Virus record (IMG/VR): IMGVR_UViG_3300032782_000001
Coordinates: 372,001-436,000 of that record
Length of the DNA: 64,000 nucleotides
Reading direction: 5' to 3' (one strand)
A program made the translations under genes and the position numbers. The first letter of the stretch is position 1; each line of letters starts with the position of its first letter. Below the pieces are notes generated by a model. That model worked only from the letters and a program-made list of their open reading frames with translations. It was not told the origin of the DNA and did not search any database. This document shows positions 19,319 through 29,270 of the stretch, piece after piece.

Positions 19319-19768
19319 ATGAGCAAGGCCGCCGATCGAATCCCCTATCACCTTCGTCCCCAAGTCACCAGGCCGAGTGTTCTCGTCCTGCACGAGAAGC
19401 ATGGAAAACAATATTTCTATGTGCCTGATGAAGAAGCTTTGTTCAAAGCGGCACTAGAAGTCTTGAAAGCAAGAAATTGCGCTCATTATTATTACAAGCC
19501 AGAACATCCTAAAGACCCGGGCATTACGAAAGAACAAGTCGAAGCTTTGCCAGAAGTGATGAAGGCCGAAGGCAAGAAGAAGCTTTCCACATACGATCAG
19601 GAAATTCGGCAATATGAGGACTGCTTGAGAATGTATGAAACGATCCAAAAGACAATCGAGGAGGGAGATGGGAGGGCAGCTTGGCGTATTCTCCGAGATC
19701 GAAACGACGGGGAGTATGAGCGGGTTTCCCTCGAACCTGTACTCCAACCCGGTGATTACAAACGGTAA
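19319..19768 (+). CDS. Hypothetical protein
   Basis: 149 aa; ATGTAT 8 nt upstream of the ATG. Confidence 0.65.
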   Translation: MSKAADRIPYHLRPQVTRPSVLVLHEKHGKQYFYVPDEEALFKAALEVLKARNCAHYYYKPEHPKDPGITKEQVEALPEVMKAEGKKKLSTYDQEIRQYEDCLRMYETIQKTIEEGDGRAAWRILRDRNDGEYERVSLEPVLQPGDYKR

Positions 19769-20083
19769 TCAAACGGTTGTGTAATTACCGGGAATATATA
19801 TTCCACTCACATGATCTCGCATGGCTTCAGCATGCTTGCGCCCTTCTTCAAGAACTTCCATCATGTCGGCATGGAAAGCTGCTTCGTCGAAGGCAACGTT
19901 ATGCTCTCGCCAATGACGATTGCACATAGATCTGAACATGTCTTTCTCCGCATCCCCTGATGGGTTGCAAATAGGACAATGGTCAGATGGAGGCTCGAAT
20001 GGCAATTCGAGCTGCACGGGAAGCGTGTCGTATCGCTTCATGAGCATCCAGATGAAGATCCGCATTGCATGCACAAATAACAA
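19769..20083 (-). CDS. Hypothetical protein with CPIC...C..H
   Basis: Follows nrdJ; putative Zn ligands. Start uncertain. Confidence 0.4.
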   Translation of the reverse strand: MLFVHAMRIFIWMLMKRYDTLPVQLELPFEPPSDHCPICNPSGDAEKDMFRSMCNRHWREHNVAFDEAAFHADMMEVLEEGRKHAEAMRDHVSGIYIPGNYTTV

Positions 20084-22857
20084 GTCCCGTTACGCCTTGT
20101 CATGGCTCCGCAAGAACCACACGGCGGTGCATCCAGATCCATAAGAGAAGGCCTGGAAACAGATTCCGGAGAACTATCGGGAGGAGATGACGATGGAGAA
20201 TCTGCTCCATTCATCAATTTATGATCCAATCCGGAGTTAGATCCACCGAAGTAACGCACGTCCAAAAGTTTGAACAAATAGTCATAGAGACTATCCGCGA
20301 ACCTGATGTTAGGATTGCTAGTGAATCCGGCAGGTTCGAATTTCGTGTGCACAAAGCTGCGAATGAGCTTTTCGAGAGGAACTCCGTATTGGAGTGCAAT
20401 ACTCATGAGTTGGGTGAATCCATCGATGAGTCCACCCATTGTCGAACCGTTCTTGCCGAGTTTGAGAAACACTTCACCTAGAGTCCCATCAGGGTACTCA
20501 CCCATAATGATATAACCCTTGTGACCACTGATCTCAAATCGATGCCTGTGAGCAGTAATATCCTCCGGCATATGCTTGCGACGCGCGATAGACGCATCTG
20601 ATTGAATAGCCTTGTTCTCATCCTTCTTGGTCGCGAGTGGTTGAGAAAGCTTGCATCCGTCGCGATACAAGGCAACGCATTTCAGTCCGAGCTTCCAGCT
20701 CTCAAGATAAATGTCAGCGATCTCCTGGGTTGTAACACTCCTCGGAAGATTAACTGTCTTACTTTGAGCGCAAGTGATGAGTGGCTGGATGGCAGCCATC
20801 ATCTTAATGTGCGCCATCGGTGACAAATACCTCCCCGATGGTCCCGACGGCATTGCGCAGTCAAAGACTGGAAGATCCCTATCTTTCAGATGAGGAGCTC
20901 CTTCAATATGTCCCTTCTCTTCGAGATGAGCGCAGATGGATTCCACTTGATCGTCCGTATATCCGAGCCTGACTAATGCTTCGGGGACTACTTCGTTGAC
21001 GAGCTTCATGAAACCGCCGCCCACGAGAGATTTGTAAGAGATAAGAGAGAATGCCGGTTCAATACCAGTCGTGTCCATCCCCATAAGGAAGGAAATGGTG
21101 CCGAGAGGGGCTTGCAGGGTGGCCTGTGAAACGTAGAAGCCGTATTTCGAACCGAGATCCATGACGTCGTTCCAAGCCTTGTGACTGTGCGCAACCACTT
21201 CGGCCCCCAGAGGGTCAGAACGAAGACTCGGCCGACGCAAAATATCGGCATTTGCCACATTATGCATTGCCATGACATGCATCATAGAATCTCGGTTCTT
21301 CTCGAATTCTTCAAACGGACCAACACGAGCAGCCAACTGAGCTGCCGTCTTGTAGACAACAGCAGTCATGAGACTAGCAAGACGAGCCGCTACAGCTCGG
21401 CCTTCGTCGGAATCGTACGAATATCCGAGCTTCATGAGAAGAGCTCCGAGGTTCCCATAATTCGTACCGATAGGTCGAAGCTTGAGAGAATTCTGACGGA
21501 TCTTCTCAGTCGGATAATCGGCCTTATCCACAATCGCCATCTGAGCGGTGCTGAAGACTCGAACAGCTTGTTCGAACCTATTGTAGTTGAAAGCCAATAT
21601 CCCCCGATCTTGATCGAAGAATTTCGTCAGATTGATTGCACATAGATTGCAGGCAGTATCATCCACATGCAAGAATTCTGAGCATGGGTTGGAGGAATTG
21701 ATCCGACCAGATTCCGGAGTGGTGTGCCATCGGTTGATATGATCAGTGAATTGAACGCCCGGATCCCCACAAGTCCAAGCTGCTTCAGCAATTTCATTCC
21801 AGAGATCACGAGCCCGATAGGATTTGACAATGCGACCGGTTAGACGCTCGTGAGTGTCCCACATTCCATCCATTACGACGGCCCGCATGAACTCGTCAGG
21901 AATTGATACGGAATGATTGGCATTCTGATATGACACCCATTTATAAGCCGAATTGGGATCATCGTAAGCAGCGCTATAGCCGCATTTCTCGATGAGATCG
22001 TGAGCCCTGCGCTCCTCGATGGCTTTGCAGCGGATGAAACCAGGTCGGCCATCTTGAGTTTCAAGAATATCCGGGTGGTTCATATCGAGAACCACCATCT
22101 TAGCTGCATTGCGGGTGGAACCACCAGACTTCATTGCCTTAGCACCCTTGTCGTGCTCTTCCATCCAGCCAAGCGGTCCACAAACGTAAGCCCCCGAAGA
22201 GAGCTTCTCATAAGAGGAACGGATCTTAGACAGGTTGGCTCCTGAACCGGAACCGCCAGCAAAAATGACCTTTTCTGATTGAGAAAAGGCATTGATCGAT
22301 TCGAGGGTATCTTCAACCCCCGAGATGAAACATGCGGATGCCGCTTGCCGACGCCCAGGAACCCCTAAGTTAAACCAGACAGGAGAATTGAACGCACCGT
22401 ATTGATGCAATAGGGAATAAAGCAGTTCTTCTTCAAAGACTACTGCGTCTTGATCTGAATTGAAGAATCCTTGGTCATCCGCCCAAAGACGAAGAGTAGA
22501 AGCAACACGACTGAAAAGTTGTTTGACGGAGTTTTCTTTTACCCCATCAATGTAGCGGAAATACTTGCTGGCAACCACGTCGATAGTGTTCTGGTTCCAC
22601 CAATCGGGTACTTCCACGTCTCGTTGTTGGAATTTGATATCTCCATTCGGTCCGCGAATTTCGGCGGTGGCAGTCTTCCATTGAATCTCTTCAAACGGAT
22701 GAATACCTTCGCTAGTGAATACCCTTTCCCACTTTCCGGAGGCCAAAGCATCAGCGTTTTTCGGATCTCGGGCGAGTGCAATGACGTTGCTCCTGTATGG
22801 AGTCTCAATCGCCAGGGTTCCGTTAGCGGCGACGCTTACCATTCTGTGCCTCCTCAC
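20038..22857 (-). CDS. nrdJ: Class II (adenosylcobalamin-dependent) ribonucleotide reductase
   Basis: FNSPVWFN, ASACFI, GGSTRNAAKM, NSSNPCSEF (thiyl Cys), ACNLCAIN, APLGTISF, QSKTVN, YRDGCK, C-terminal TSCPD-like domain and CGSC...CMQCG ribbon. Confidence 0.95.
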   Translation of the reverse strand: MRRHRMVSVAANGTLAIETPYRSNVIALARDPKNADALASGKWERVFTSEGIHPFEEIQWKTATAEIRGPNGDIKFQQRDVEVPDWWNQNTIDVVASKYFRYIDGVKENSVKQLFSRVASTLRLWADDQGFFNSDQDAVVFEEELLYSLLHQYGAFNSPVWFNLGVPGRRQAASACFISGVEDTLESINAFSQSEKVIFAGGSGSGANLSKIRSSYEKLSSGAYVCGPLGWMEEHDKGAKAMKSGGSTRNAAKMVVLDMNHPDILETQDGRPGFIRCKAIEERRAHDLIEKCGYSAAYDDPNSAYKWVSYQNANHSVSIPDEFMRAVVMDGMWDTHERLTGRIVKSYRARDLWNEIAEAAWTCGDPGVQFTDHINRWHTTPESGRINSSNPCSEFLHVDDTACNLCAINLTKFFDQDRGILAFNYNRFEQAVRVFSTAQMAIVDKADYPTEKIRQNSLKLRPIGTNYGNLGALLMKLGYSYDSDEGRAVAARLASLMTAVVYKTAAQLAARVGPFEEFEKNRDSMMHVMAMHNVANADILRRPSLRSDPLGAEVVAHSHKAWNDVMDLGSKYGFYVSQATLQAPLGTISFLMGMDTTGIEPAFSLISYKSLVGGGFMKLVNEVVPEALVRLGYTDDQVESICAHLEEKGHIEGAPHLKDRDLPVFDCAMPSGPSGRYLSPMAHIKMMAAIQPLITCAQSKTVNLPRSVTTQEIADIYLESWKLGLKCVALYRDGCKLSQPLATKKDENKAIQSDASIARRKHMPEDITAHRHRFEISGHKGYIIMGEYPDGTLGEVFLKLGKNGSTMGGLIDGFTQLMSIALQYGVPLEKLIRSFVHTKFEPAGFTSNPNIRFADSLYDYLFKLLDVRYFGGSNSGLDHKLMNGADSPSSSPPDSSPESVSRPSLMDLDAPPCGSCGAMTRRNGTCYLCMQCGSSSGCS

Positions 22858-23737
22858 TCAAACGAACGATTTCAGATTCCAACCCGTATCGCGCAAGCGT
22901 GTTCCCACGTTTGTGCATGATGTCCAAATCACACAAAGTGTTAAGGCTGGACATCAAAGACGCAGAAGCCCATAAACCGAGTCGCGGGAGCACCATTTTC
23001 TTATATAGGAAAGGGTGGATGCCAAGACGCTCGGCGACGTCGGGAACCTTCCCGTCGACTAAAGTCTGCAATCTGATCTGTTGCACTACGTGACGCTGCA
23101 TGTAGGCCAGAATCCATCCAGTTTCGTCCCCGTTCTCTTGGAGCTTGTCGTGGAATGCCAGAGCCCGGATGGTTTGACCTTCGCATATGGCGTCAATGAT
23201 CTGCTTGGGGGTTAACTCGGCGGAGAAGCACATCACGAGACGTGCCTTCTCAGGCAGAACCGTGCCACCCTTAGGGGTTATTACCGAAAGTTTCCTGATC
23301 TCCGATGAGATCTTTCGCAGACCGTTTCCGCAATTCACAAAAAGCGCACCCGCTACCCGGCTTAGATCTATGTTGAGAGCCTCTCCTTCCTTCAAAATCC
23401 ACTTGATGACATCATTATTATCATCGAATGTCTTAAGTTTTGGAAAATTGTGAACTCGGCGTGCACGCGAATCAGATAAAATCTTCTTTCCAGCAGAAAC
23501 AGCAATGACAACATCATTACCAGTGGGTATGTAAGGAATTTCTGAGACATCCCATAAAATGAAGGAGCGCGTTCCTCCATCTACCGTGGTCATTTGTACC
23601 TCTTCGAGGTACTCGTTAAGTCCTTTCGGGAGAGTATACTCAGCGGTGTGAGATGTCAGAGAAGCATGAGCTTCTTCTCTGGCTGCGCGTTCTTTTAAAA
23701 ACTCTTCCTCACCATTAATTAGGATCAACGACGCCAC
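22823..23737 (-). CDS. holA: DNA polymerase III delta subunit-like
   Basis: LILINGEEEFLKER, WILKEGEAL, GNGLRKISSEIRKL, QIIDAI...AL pattern; adjacent to holB. Confidence 0.8.
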   Translation of the reverse strand: MASLILINGEEEFLKERAAREEAHASLTSHTAEYTLPKGLNEYLEEVQMTTVDGGTRSFILWDVSEIPYIPTGNDVVIAVSAGKKILSDSRARRVHNFPKLKTFDDNNDVIKWILKEGEALNIDLSRVAGALFVNCGNGLRKISSEIRKLSVITPKGGTVLPEKARLVMCFSAELTPKQIIDAICEGQTIRALAFHDKLQENGDETGWILAYMQRHVVQQIRLQTLVDGKVPDVAERLGIHPFLYKKMVLPRLGLWASASLMSSLNTLCDLDIMHKRGNTLARYGLESEIVRLSEEAQNGKRRR

Positions 23738-23758
23738 GGGAAAATGACATTACACCTA

Positions 23759-24586
23759 TCAGTGGTGTCGATTCAGACAGGCTCTATACCAATGAATTTC
23801 TGCATTCAAAGAAGGATTTTTAAACAAATCAGAGGCCAAGCGGAGGAAATTTCGCATCATTGAAACAACGCCAGAATTGGAACGAAGTTCCGAGACTGCA
23901 ACGGAAATAGTATGACAAATAGCATCTCGCTCTACGGAGCGACCACTCTTAAGAGATGAAATCAACTCGGGAACAGGAATTTGTACTGGGTCCACCTGAC
24001 CTAGCATAATTTGCACACACAACTTGCAGAAACTATGATATCGTTGATCATTCAAAAATAAACCGTAGAAACCCGGGCGACCTCTCGACATCATAATTGC
24101 GTTATCATCTAGCCTATGCACAGTAGACGCATATTCATGCATCTCGGACTCGCTCAAGGGAGTCCATCTAATGATGTTTTCCAATCGATTCTGAAGCGCT
24201 GGTAATAAACATCCTTCATCTTCAAGGACCAAGAACACTCGACAATGAGCTGGAGGTTCTTCTAATAGTTTTAATAGTGCATCTTGCGCAGGTTCTGTTA
24301 GGAAATCTGCGTTATCTACCAAGACCGCTTTGAAAGGACTAAATAGAGGACCAGATTGTAGAAATTCTCTGGCTTCCCGGATTCCATCTACAGTAGTTTC
24401 TGCAACTGACAAATCGGTTTCAGAAACCGCGTCAGAGAGCAACCGTGATAAGTAGAGGTATTTACCTACGTGTGATGGTCCGGAAAGGACGACGACCCTA
24501 GCCGGAGTCCGATGATTTACCAGGAGGGAGACTTCGTGCCTCGCTAGGGAATTGCCGTAAATCTCTGTCTTTTCCTGATCCTCCAC
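23759..24586 (-). CDS. holB: DNA polymerase III delta-prime subunit-like
   Basis: LSGPSHVGK, VLVDNADFLTEPAQDALLKLLEEPP, LLPALQNR. Confidence 0.88.
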   Translation of the reverse strand: MEDQEKTEIYGNSLARHEVSLLVNHRTPARVVVLSGPSHVGKYLYLSRLLSDAVSETDLSVAETTVDGIREAREFLQSGPLFSPFKAVLVDNADFLTEPAQDALLKLLEEPPAHCRVFLVLEDEGCLLPALQNRLENIIRWTPLSESEMHEYASTVHRLDDNAIMMSRGRPGFYGLFLNDQRYHSFCKLCVQIMLGQVDPVQIPVPELISSLKSGRSVERDAICHTISVAVSELRSNSGVVSMMRNFLRLASDLFKNPSLNAEIHWYRACLNRHH

Positions 24587-24707
24587 GGAAAACCTCTCGA
24601 ATTACCACTGTTACTTCGAAGATACATTTGCAGGGAAGACAGGTCATACGATTGACCTGACCTGTGGAATCCAAGGGACCACCACAATGAGGGCAAAAGA
24701 ATATCAC
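24498..24707 (-). CDS. Small Zn-ribbon protein
   Basis: CPHC...CLPC; the C-terminus overlaps the holB start. Confidence 0.45.
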   Translation of the reverse strand: MIFFCPHCGGPLDSTGQVNRMTCLPCKCIFEVTVVIREVFRGGSGKDRDLRQFPSEARSLPPGKSSDSG

Positions 24708-24708
24708 A

Positions 24709-24909
24709 TCAGCAAGCAGTAAAAGCTCCCCCTACAGGGACATTCCAACTGAATCCGCATTTGACGCATTTGTACATGACGTTATGTGCGCCGTCTTGAC
24801 TCAATTTGTAAACATTCCGACTATCACAGGCCTGACCGCGAGTGAGTTGATCAGTTCCTCGCTTGCATGCCACAAGGACGATAGGATGTTCTTCGTTTTG
24901 GTCATTCAT
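24709..24909 (-). CDS. Small Zn-ribbon protein
   Basis: C...C...YKCVKCGFSW; start at ATG 24909. Confidence 0.55.
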   Translation of the reverse strand: MNDQNEEHPIVLVACKRGTDQLTRGQACDSRNVYKLSQDGAHNVMYKCVKCGFSWNVPVGGAFTAC

Positions 24910-25249
24910 TGGGAATACCCCTTCCAGCAAACTCTACTGCAACACGTGCTCGAATGCGCGTTTCAGCTTGCATCAGAGTTTCTGAAGGAAACATTCTGAG
25001 CGTAGAAGTCTGAGCGATTTGTTTAATAATGTCAAAGTCCGACTTGACGATCGTCAGGGGTTCCTTCTTAAGTGGGGGAACCCATAGTTTTACAATTTCA
25101 GGCCCAGAAGCAGGAGAAGTTACCAGAACTTGAAGTTTCCCTAACATCAGGGAAATTATTACCGACGGGAAAGTTGTAACTGCAAATTCTTGGGTAGCAG
25201 GACGGATTCGGCGCCCAGCCGCAAAGCGGTCGCCAATAATCCCATCCAT
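24902..25249 (-). CDS. Hypothetical protein
   Basis: 115 aa, packed in the operon. Confidence 0.55.
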   Translation of the reverse strand: MDGIIGDRFAAGRRIRPATQEFAVTTFPSVIISLMLGKLQVLVTSPASGPEIVKLWVPPLKKEPLTIVKSDFDIIKQIAQTSTLRMFPSETLMQAETRIRARVAVEFAGRGIPNE

Positions 25250-25250
25250 A

Positions 25251-26522
25251 TCAGATCCAAGCGCGGAAGACTGAATCAGCGATCTTATGAATCACTGAAG
25301 CCGTTTGGCCCTGACCATCAGCCTCCTCAGCCCCGGCTCCACCACCCTTTTCTTCCTTGGCAAGCTCAGCTTCGAGGGTCTTACCCTCTTTCTTAAGCTC
25401 ACCTTCAAGTTTCTTGATGAGATTTTGGATCCTCGGCTCCCCGTCTTTCTTGTCCTTGCGAGCCTTGAGAATCGTGCGATAATCGCGACCGCGTTGATAG
25501 TCAATACCCTTTTGGGCCTTCGCCTTCTCGATTCCTCGAACCTCCTTCGGAGTGGTTCCAGAGAAGAACTCCTCCTTGAGAGCTTCGTAGTCACCTGGCG
25601 TCATATTGGTGTCGATGAATTTCCAGATTTCATTTAGAAGCTTCTTGCGAAGATCACCGAGATAAGCCGCCCACTTGAGGTTGACTTTGCCTTGAATCTT
25701 TTTCTCGTCTAGTCCAGGATTCTTCTTCTTAATCTCCGGGCCCCATTTGGCGTAGAAGTCATTCCAAACTTCAGGATAGTTCTCCCGAAGAAAAGACGAC
25801 TGGTTCATATTCTCTTTGATATCAGAACCGAACCCGCCAACGTTGTGCTCGAAAACCATATCGAACACAGCGCCGGTATCTTTGGACAACGAGGCTTTAA
25901 GATCAGGGAGATAGTCGTCGATGAGGTCGTAAAACTCCTTGAGCGCGGCCTGATCATCAAGGGCCTTTCCGAGCATCGTCTCATCGGATGTCGGCATGCG
26001 GGCCTCACCACCTTCGGCGCCGCCTCCTCCCTCAGGACGAGTCCCGAAGGCGTCATCAACCGACTTTTCTTTCTTCTTACGACGCTGAGTATCGATGGAT
26101 TTCGAGATTGATTTCGTACGTAAATTGGAATAGATCGCATCAAGTGCGTCTTGCCAATTATCGAAATCCTTGCTGAAGTCCCAAGGCTTCGCCCCATGCT
26201 CCTTGCCGCGTGGAACCCTGACTTTTTCTCCGGTCTCTTCGTCGACCTCGTCAACGAACTTGGTGCCGGTGGTCAGATAACTCAGGAAATCCTGAATCGT
26301 GTCCATCGCCCGTTGATCGTCGTTCTGGTTTTGACGGCGAGAGATGGCCATCATCTTGTGGCCGATTGACGCCGGCTGTACGTCAATATTCTGACCCGGG
26401 AATTGGTTTTTCAGGAGGTTAATGATCGCCCTCCCGAAGCCAGTCTCGACATCAGCATAGAGCTGGAACATAGCCAGGATCAGCCTGATCGAAGGCGCGA
26501 CTCGAGATACAAAGGGTCCCAT
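25251..26522 (-). CDS. Hypothetical protein with a sigma-70 region-2-like segment
   Basis: AMDTIQDFLSYL...WDF...IYSNLRTKSISKSIDTQRRKKKEKSVDD resembles the sigma-2 D..QD...N...D..RR...S.D pattern; Lys/Glu-rich tail. Confidence 0.4.
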   Translation of the reverse strand: MGPFVSRVAPSIRLILAMFQLYADVETGFGRAIINLLKNQFPGQNIDVQPASIGHKMMAISRRQNQNDDQRAMDTIQDFLSYLTTGTKFVDEVDEETGEKVRVPRGKEHGAKPWDFSKDFDNWQDALDAIYSNLRTKSISKSIDTQRRKKKEKSVDDAFGTRPEGGGGAEGGEARMPTSDETMLGKALDDQAALKEFYDLIDDYLPDLKASLSKDTGAVFDMVFEHNVGGFGSDIKENMNQSSFLRENYPEVWNDFYAKWGPEIKKKNPGLDEKKIQGKVNLKWAAYLGDLRKKLLNEIWKFIDTNMTPGDYEALKEEFFSGTTPKEVRGIEKAKAQKGIDYQRGRDYRTILKARKDKKDGEPRIQNLIKKLEGELKKEGKTLEAELAKEEKGGGAGAEEADGQGQTASVIHKIADSVFRAWI

Positions 26523-26548
26523 CGTGCCTTCGATCAGGCACTAAAGGG

Positions 26549-28192
26549 CTAGGTCGAGGAGCCGCCGCCTTGTCGGATGTCACGGATAACGCGCCGGTTG
26601 ATGGCCGCGTTCACCCTTTCCAAAGAGACCCCCAACTTCAGGCTGATCTCGTCGGCTTCCATGCCTGCATCGTACATGAAACACACAAGGTCGGTCCTTG
26701 CAGCAACACACGGACCAAAAGTTTCGTCACCAATGATTTGCTCTGGCGTACATCCGTGCTTGTCACAAACATCACGCATGGCCTGGTCGACGTCCACAAG
26801 AGCAAGACGCCTGGTGATCTCGTCCCTGTGAGCACGGAGTTTGGCCATTGCAGAAGCCCGTAAGCGATTCACCTTCTGCAATGGCTTACCGCTGATCCCT
26901 GCATAGTCCTTGGCACTCATCTCTCCGAGGTCGAGAGACCGAATGACGGCTTCCTCGTCAGGCGTCAATCCAGCAGACGCCATGACTGCTGCCAGATCCT
27001 TACGGATCTCGACCTGACTGAATTGATTTTGCGAACCGGGATCACGAAACACCCGTTGACGACCCGTAGGGTCGTCAACATCTTCAGATTCCCAAGCAAC
27101 AGTCTCAGAGTCTCCAATTTCCGGAGAGAGACCGTTATTGAAAACCATAGTGGGCATATCGTCGCCACGCGAGATACGCTTGAAACTGTTGACGACTTCA
27201 TGATCGATGATCAGTTCTGCGTACTTGAGAAGACCTGCATCGATACCCGGTGCCACCCCATTCGGACCAGGAGGTCGCATGATGTGAAGAGGAGTGAATG
27301 CCGCATCCCCGGTTGACCGGAGCATATTGGTCTTTTTCCAGCCACGAAGCATGGGCTTCAGCTGCCGGTCATTCCATCGAAGCCTCGCGACTTTATCACG
27401 AATGGAAGGATGATTCCAGCCTCCGGGCTTGCTCCTATCCAAAGCGAGAGAAATGCCACGATCCTTGAGAAGTTTCAGTCCGTGTTCACAAGCCGGACAT
27501 GCAACGATCACGTGGTTATTGTAATGGCTAGCACAATAACCACGGCTGAAATGACGCCGAGGACAAGCGTTGCCAGCAGCATCAACATATGAACACACCG
27601 GCCCGTGGGGCTTGGGGTCCTCCACAACCTTGATACATTCATGCTCAGTGAGCTCAGCAGGCTTCAACCGACCCTGCCTATACATGGATTCAAGGATCCC
27701 GTAGGAACCGGCGGGATATCCAAGGAGCCTGAGGACATCATCACTGCTGATCGTGTGTCCTTGAATGGAATAGTAATAACGGGCGTAGTCGAATTTGGCA
27801 AAATCCAAAATATCAGACACACGCCAAAGTGAATCCGGACAAGACCGGACGCACGTCTTGGCCTTCATGCAGTGCTTGTTCTGGCACAGCGTAGGGCCAA
27901 CGTTGACAGGCAACAACGAACCAATGAAGACAATCGAAGCTCCGCCAAGCATGCGTTGAGCTTGAGACCGATCCACGATCTCATGGCGAAGATGCTTGAA
28001 AAACCACCGACCAATGAAGTCTTTGGTCAGGAGGCGAACCCGCACGTCCTGCGCGGCATCGGGGATCCTCTCCTTATCACGCTTGAACTTGCGCGAGACC
28101 TTCGAGAGGATCCACGCATGCCACTGACTCAGAAATGACTGGTTCGTCGGGATCGCGACAGTCTGATATTGCATGTAGCCTCCACGCGGCAA
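26549..28192 (-). CDS. Sigma-factor-like protein with a large Cys-rich insert and a C-terminal DnaA domain-IV-like HTH
   Basis: N-terminal RIPDAAQDVRVRLL (sigma-2-like); LTPDEEAVIRSLDLGEMSAKDYAGISGKPLQKVNRLRASAMAKLR (sigma-4-like); VCDKHGCTPEQIIG...VAARTDLV...ISLKLGVSLERV. Confidence 0.55.
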   Translation of the reverse strand: MPRGGYMQYQTVAIPTNQSFLSQWHAWILSKVSRKFKRDKERIPDAAQDVRVRLLTKDFIGRWFFKHLRHEIVDRSQAQRMLGGASIVFIGSLLPVNVGPTLCQNKHCMKAKTCVRSCPDSLWRVSDILDFAKFDYARYYYSIQGHTISSDDVLRLLGYPAGSYGILESMYRQGRLKPAELTEHECIKVVEDPKPHGPVCSYVDAAGNACPRRHFSRGYCASHYNNHVIVACPACEHGLKLLKDRGISLALDRSKPGGWNHPSIRDKVARLRWNDRQLKPMLRGWKKTNMLRSTGDAAFTPLHIMRPPGPNGVAPGIDAGLLKYAELIIDHEVVNSFKRISRGDDMPTMVFNNGLSPEIGDSETVAWESEDVDDPTGRQRVFRDPGSQNQFSQVEIRKDLAAVMASAGLTPDEEAVIRSLDLGEMSAKDYAGISGKPLQKVNRLRASAMAKLRAHRDEITRRLALVDVDQAMRDVCDKHGCTPEQIIGDETFGPCVAARTDLVCFMYDAGMEADEISLKLGVSLERVNAAINRRVIRDIRQGGGSST

Positions 28193-28301
28193 TTGCCTTG
28201 CCTATCGGAGTAACTGCGGGATGTCCACATCGCCTGCGGACGAAGGAACCACTTTAACATGCCTTATTCTCTAAGTCAACTATTTCGTGATCGGCGATGG
28301 T

Positions 28302-29132
28302 TTAGCTGGAAGAGCCGACCACCGGGAGAAAAGCCGACGGATTGGGAAGGATTGGTGGAGCCGGCGCGAGCAGCTGCATGACTACGGCATCGGAAAACGG
28401 AACGGGGTGATCGGTGAGCCATGTGACGGCTTTCTCTACGCGAACCTTGGATGAATTTCGGCCTTCAAGACAATTGCCCGCGGTATAAGCCGACAATCTC
28501 TCAAGGACCGGTAGATTCCGGCACACGGTGAAAGAGCTCGAAGCCATCCGAAGTCCGGCGCGGAAGCAGTTGCGCCTATCCGAAATCAGATCTTCTCCAC
28601 TCCACCCCCGACTCGTGTCCTTAGTGAACTCGTACCCCTCCTTCGTGAGGGCAATACGCAAGTCAGTTTTGCCAGTTGCGGGGTTTGGTTTTCCGAGCTG
28701 AACTTGAACCATGCACCAAGAACGGCCTCCGTCCCCTCGAGCTTGAGGACCGAGGTTCAAATCTACGTCCTTGCGATAACCACTTTCGAACAGAGCGATA
28801 GATGCCAAGAGAGCCGCGGTGCGGGCTCGACCAAATTTTCCAGGAAAAAGAGGTTTCTCCTGGGGATCATAAGCCACAGCAATGATGGATTCCGCAATTT
28901 CTCCGTAACGAACGATTCCTTCGTCGTGAGTTTCTTTCGCGCCTGCAATGAAACTACGACCTGGCGGTGACCAAGACGCCATGCGATCCACCATCCACTG
29001 GCGAAGATCGGAAATGTCAGGTGAAGCACTTGCGGGTCGGCTAAAAAGCATCGCCACAAGAGCCAAGAAGCCGGCAAAAAGCCGCGCGCGATTCTTCTGC
29101 ATTGCAATCTCCTGTCGCTGCGAAAAAGTCAA
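28302..29132 (-). CDS. Secreted lysozyme-fold/lytic transglycosylase-like protein
   Basis: Signal peptide (FLALVAMLFSRPASA); LASIALFESGY (catalytic Glu-Ser), GDGGRSWCMVQ, LSAYTAG. Confidence 0.6.
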   Translation of the reverse strand: MTFSQRQEIAMQKNRARLFAGFLALVAMLFSRPASASPDISDLRQWMVDRMASWSPPGRSFIAGAKETHDEGIVRYGEIAESIIAVAYDPQEKPLFPGKFGRARTAALLASIALFESGYRKDVDLNLGPQARGDGGRSWCMVQVQLGKPNPATGKTDLRIALTKEGYEFTKDTSRGWSGEDLISDRRNCFRAGLRMASSSFTVCRNLPVLERLSAYTAGNCLEGRNSSKVRVEKAVTWLTDHPVPFSDAVVMQLLAPAPPILPNPSAFLPVVGSSS

Positions 29133-29270
29133 CTACGAGTCGACTTCCAATGGACGACGCCCACTCGAGGAGATGGAGAGACGCCGCTCGAATCCTATAC
29201 TTGTAAGTATAGGATCCTGTTGAGAAGTCATGCTTAAAGCATGATCAAGCTGCTTTGTCAACCGAACTAT

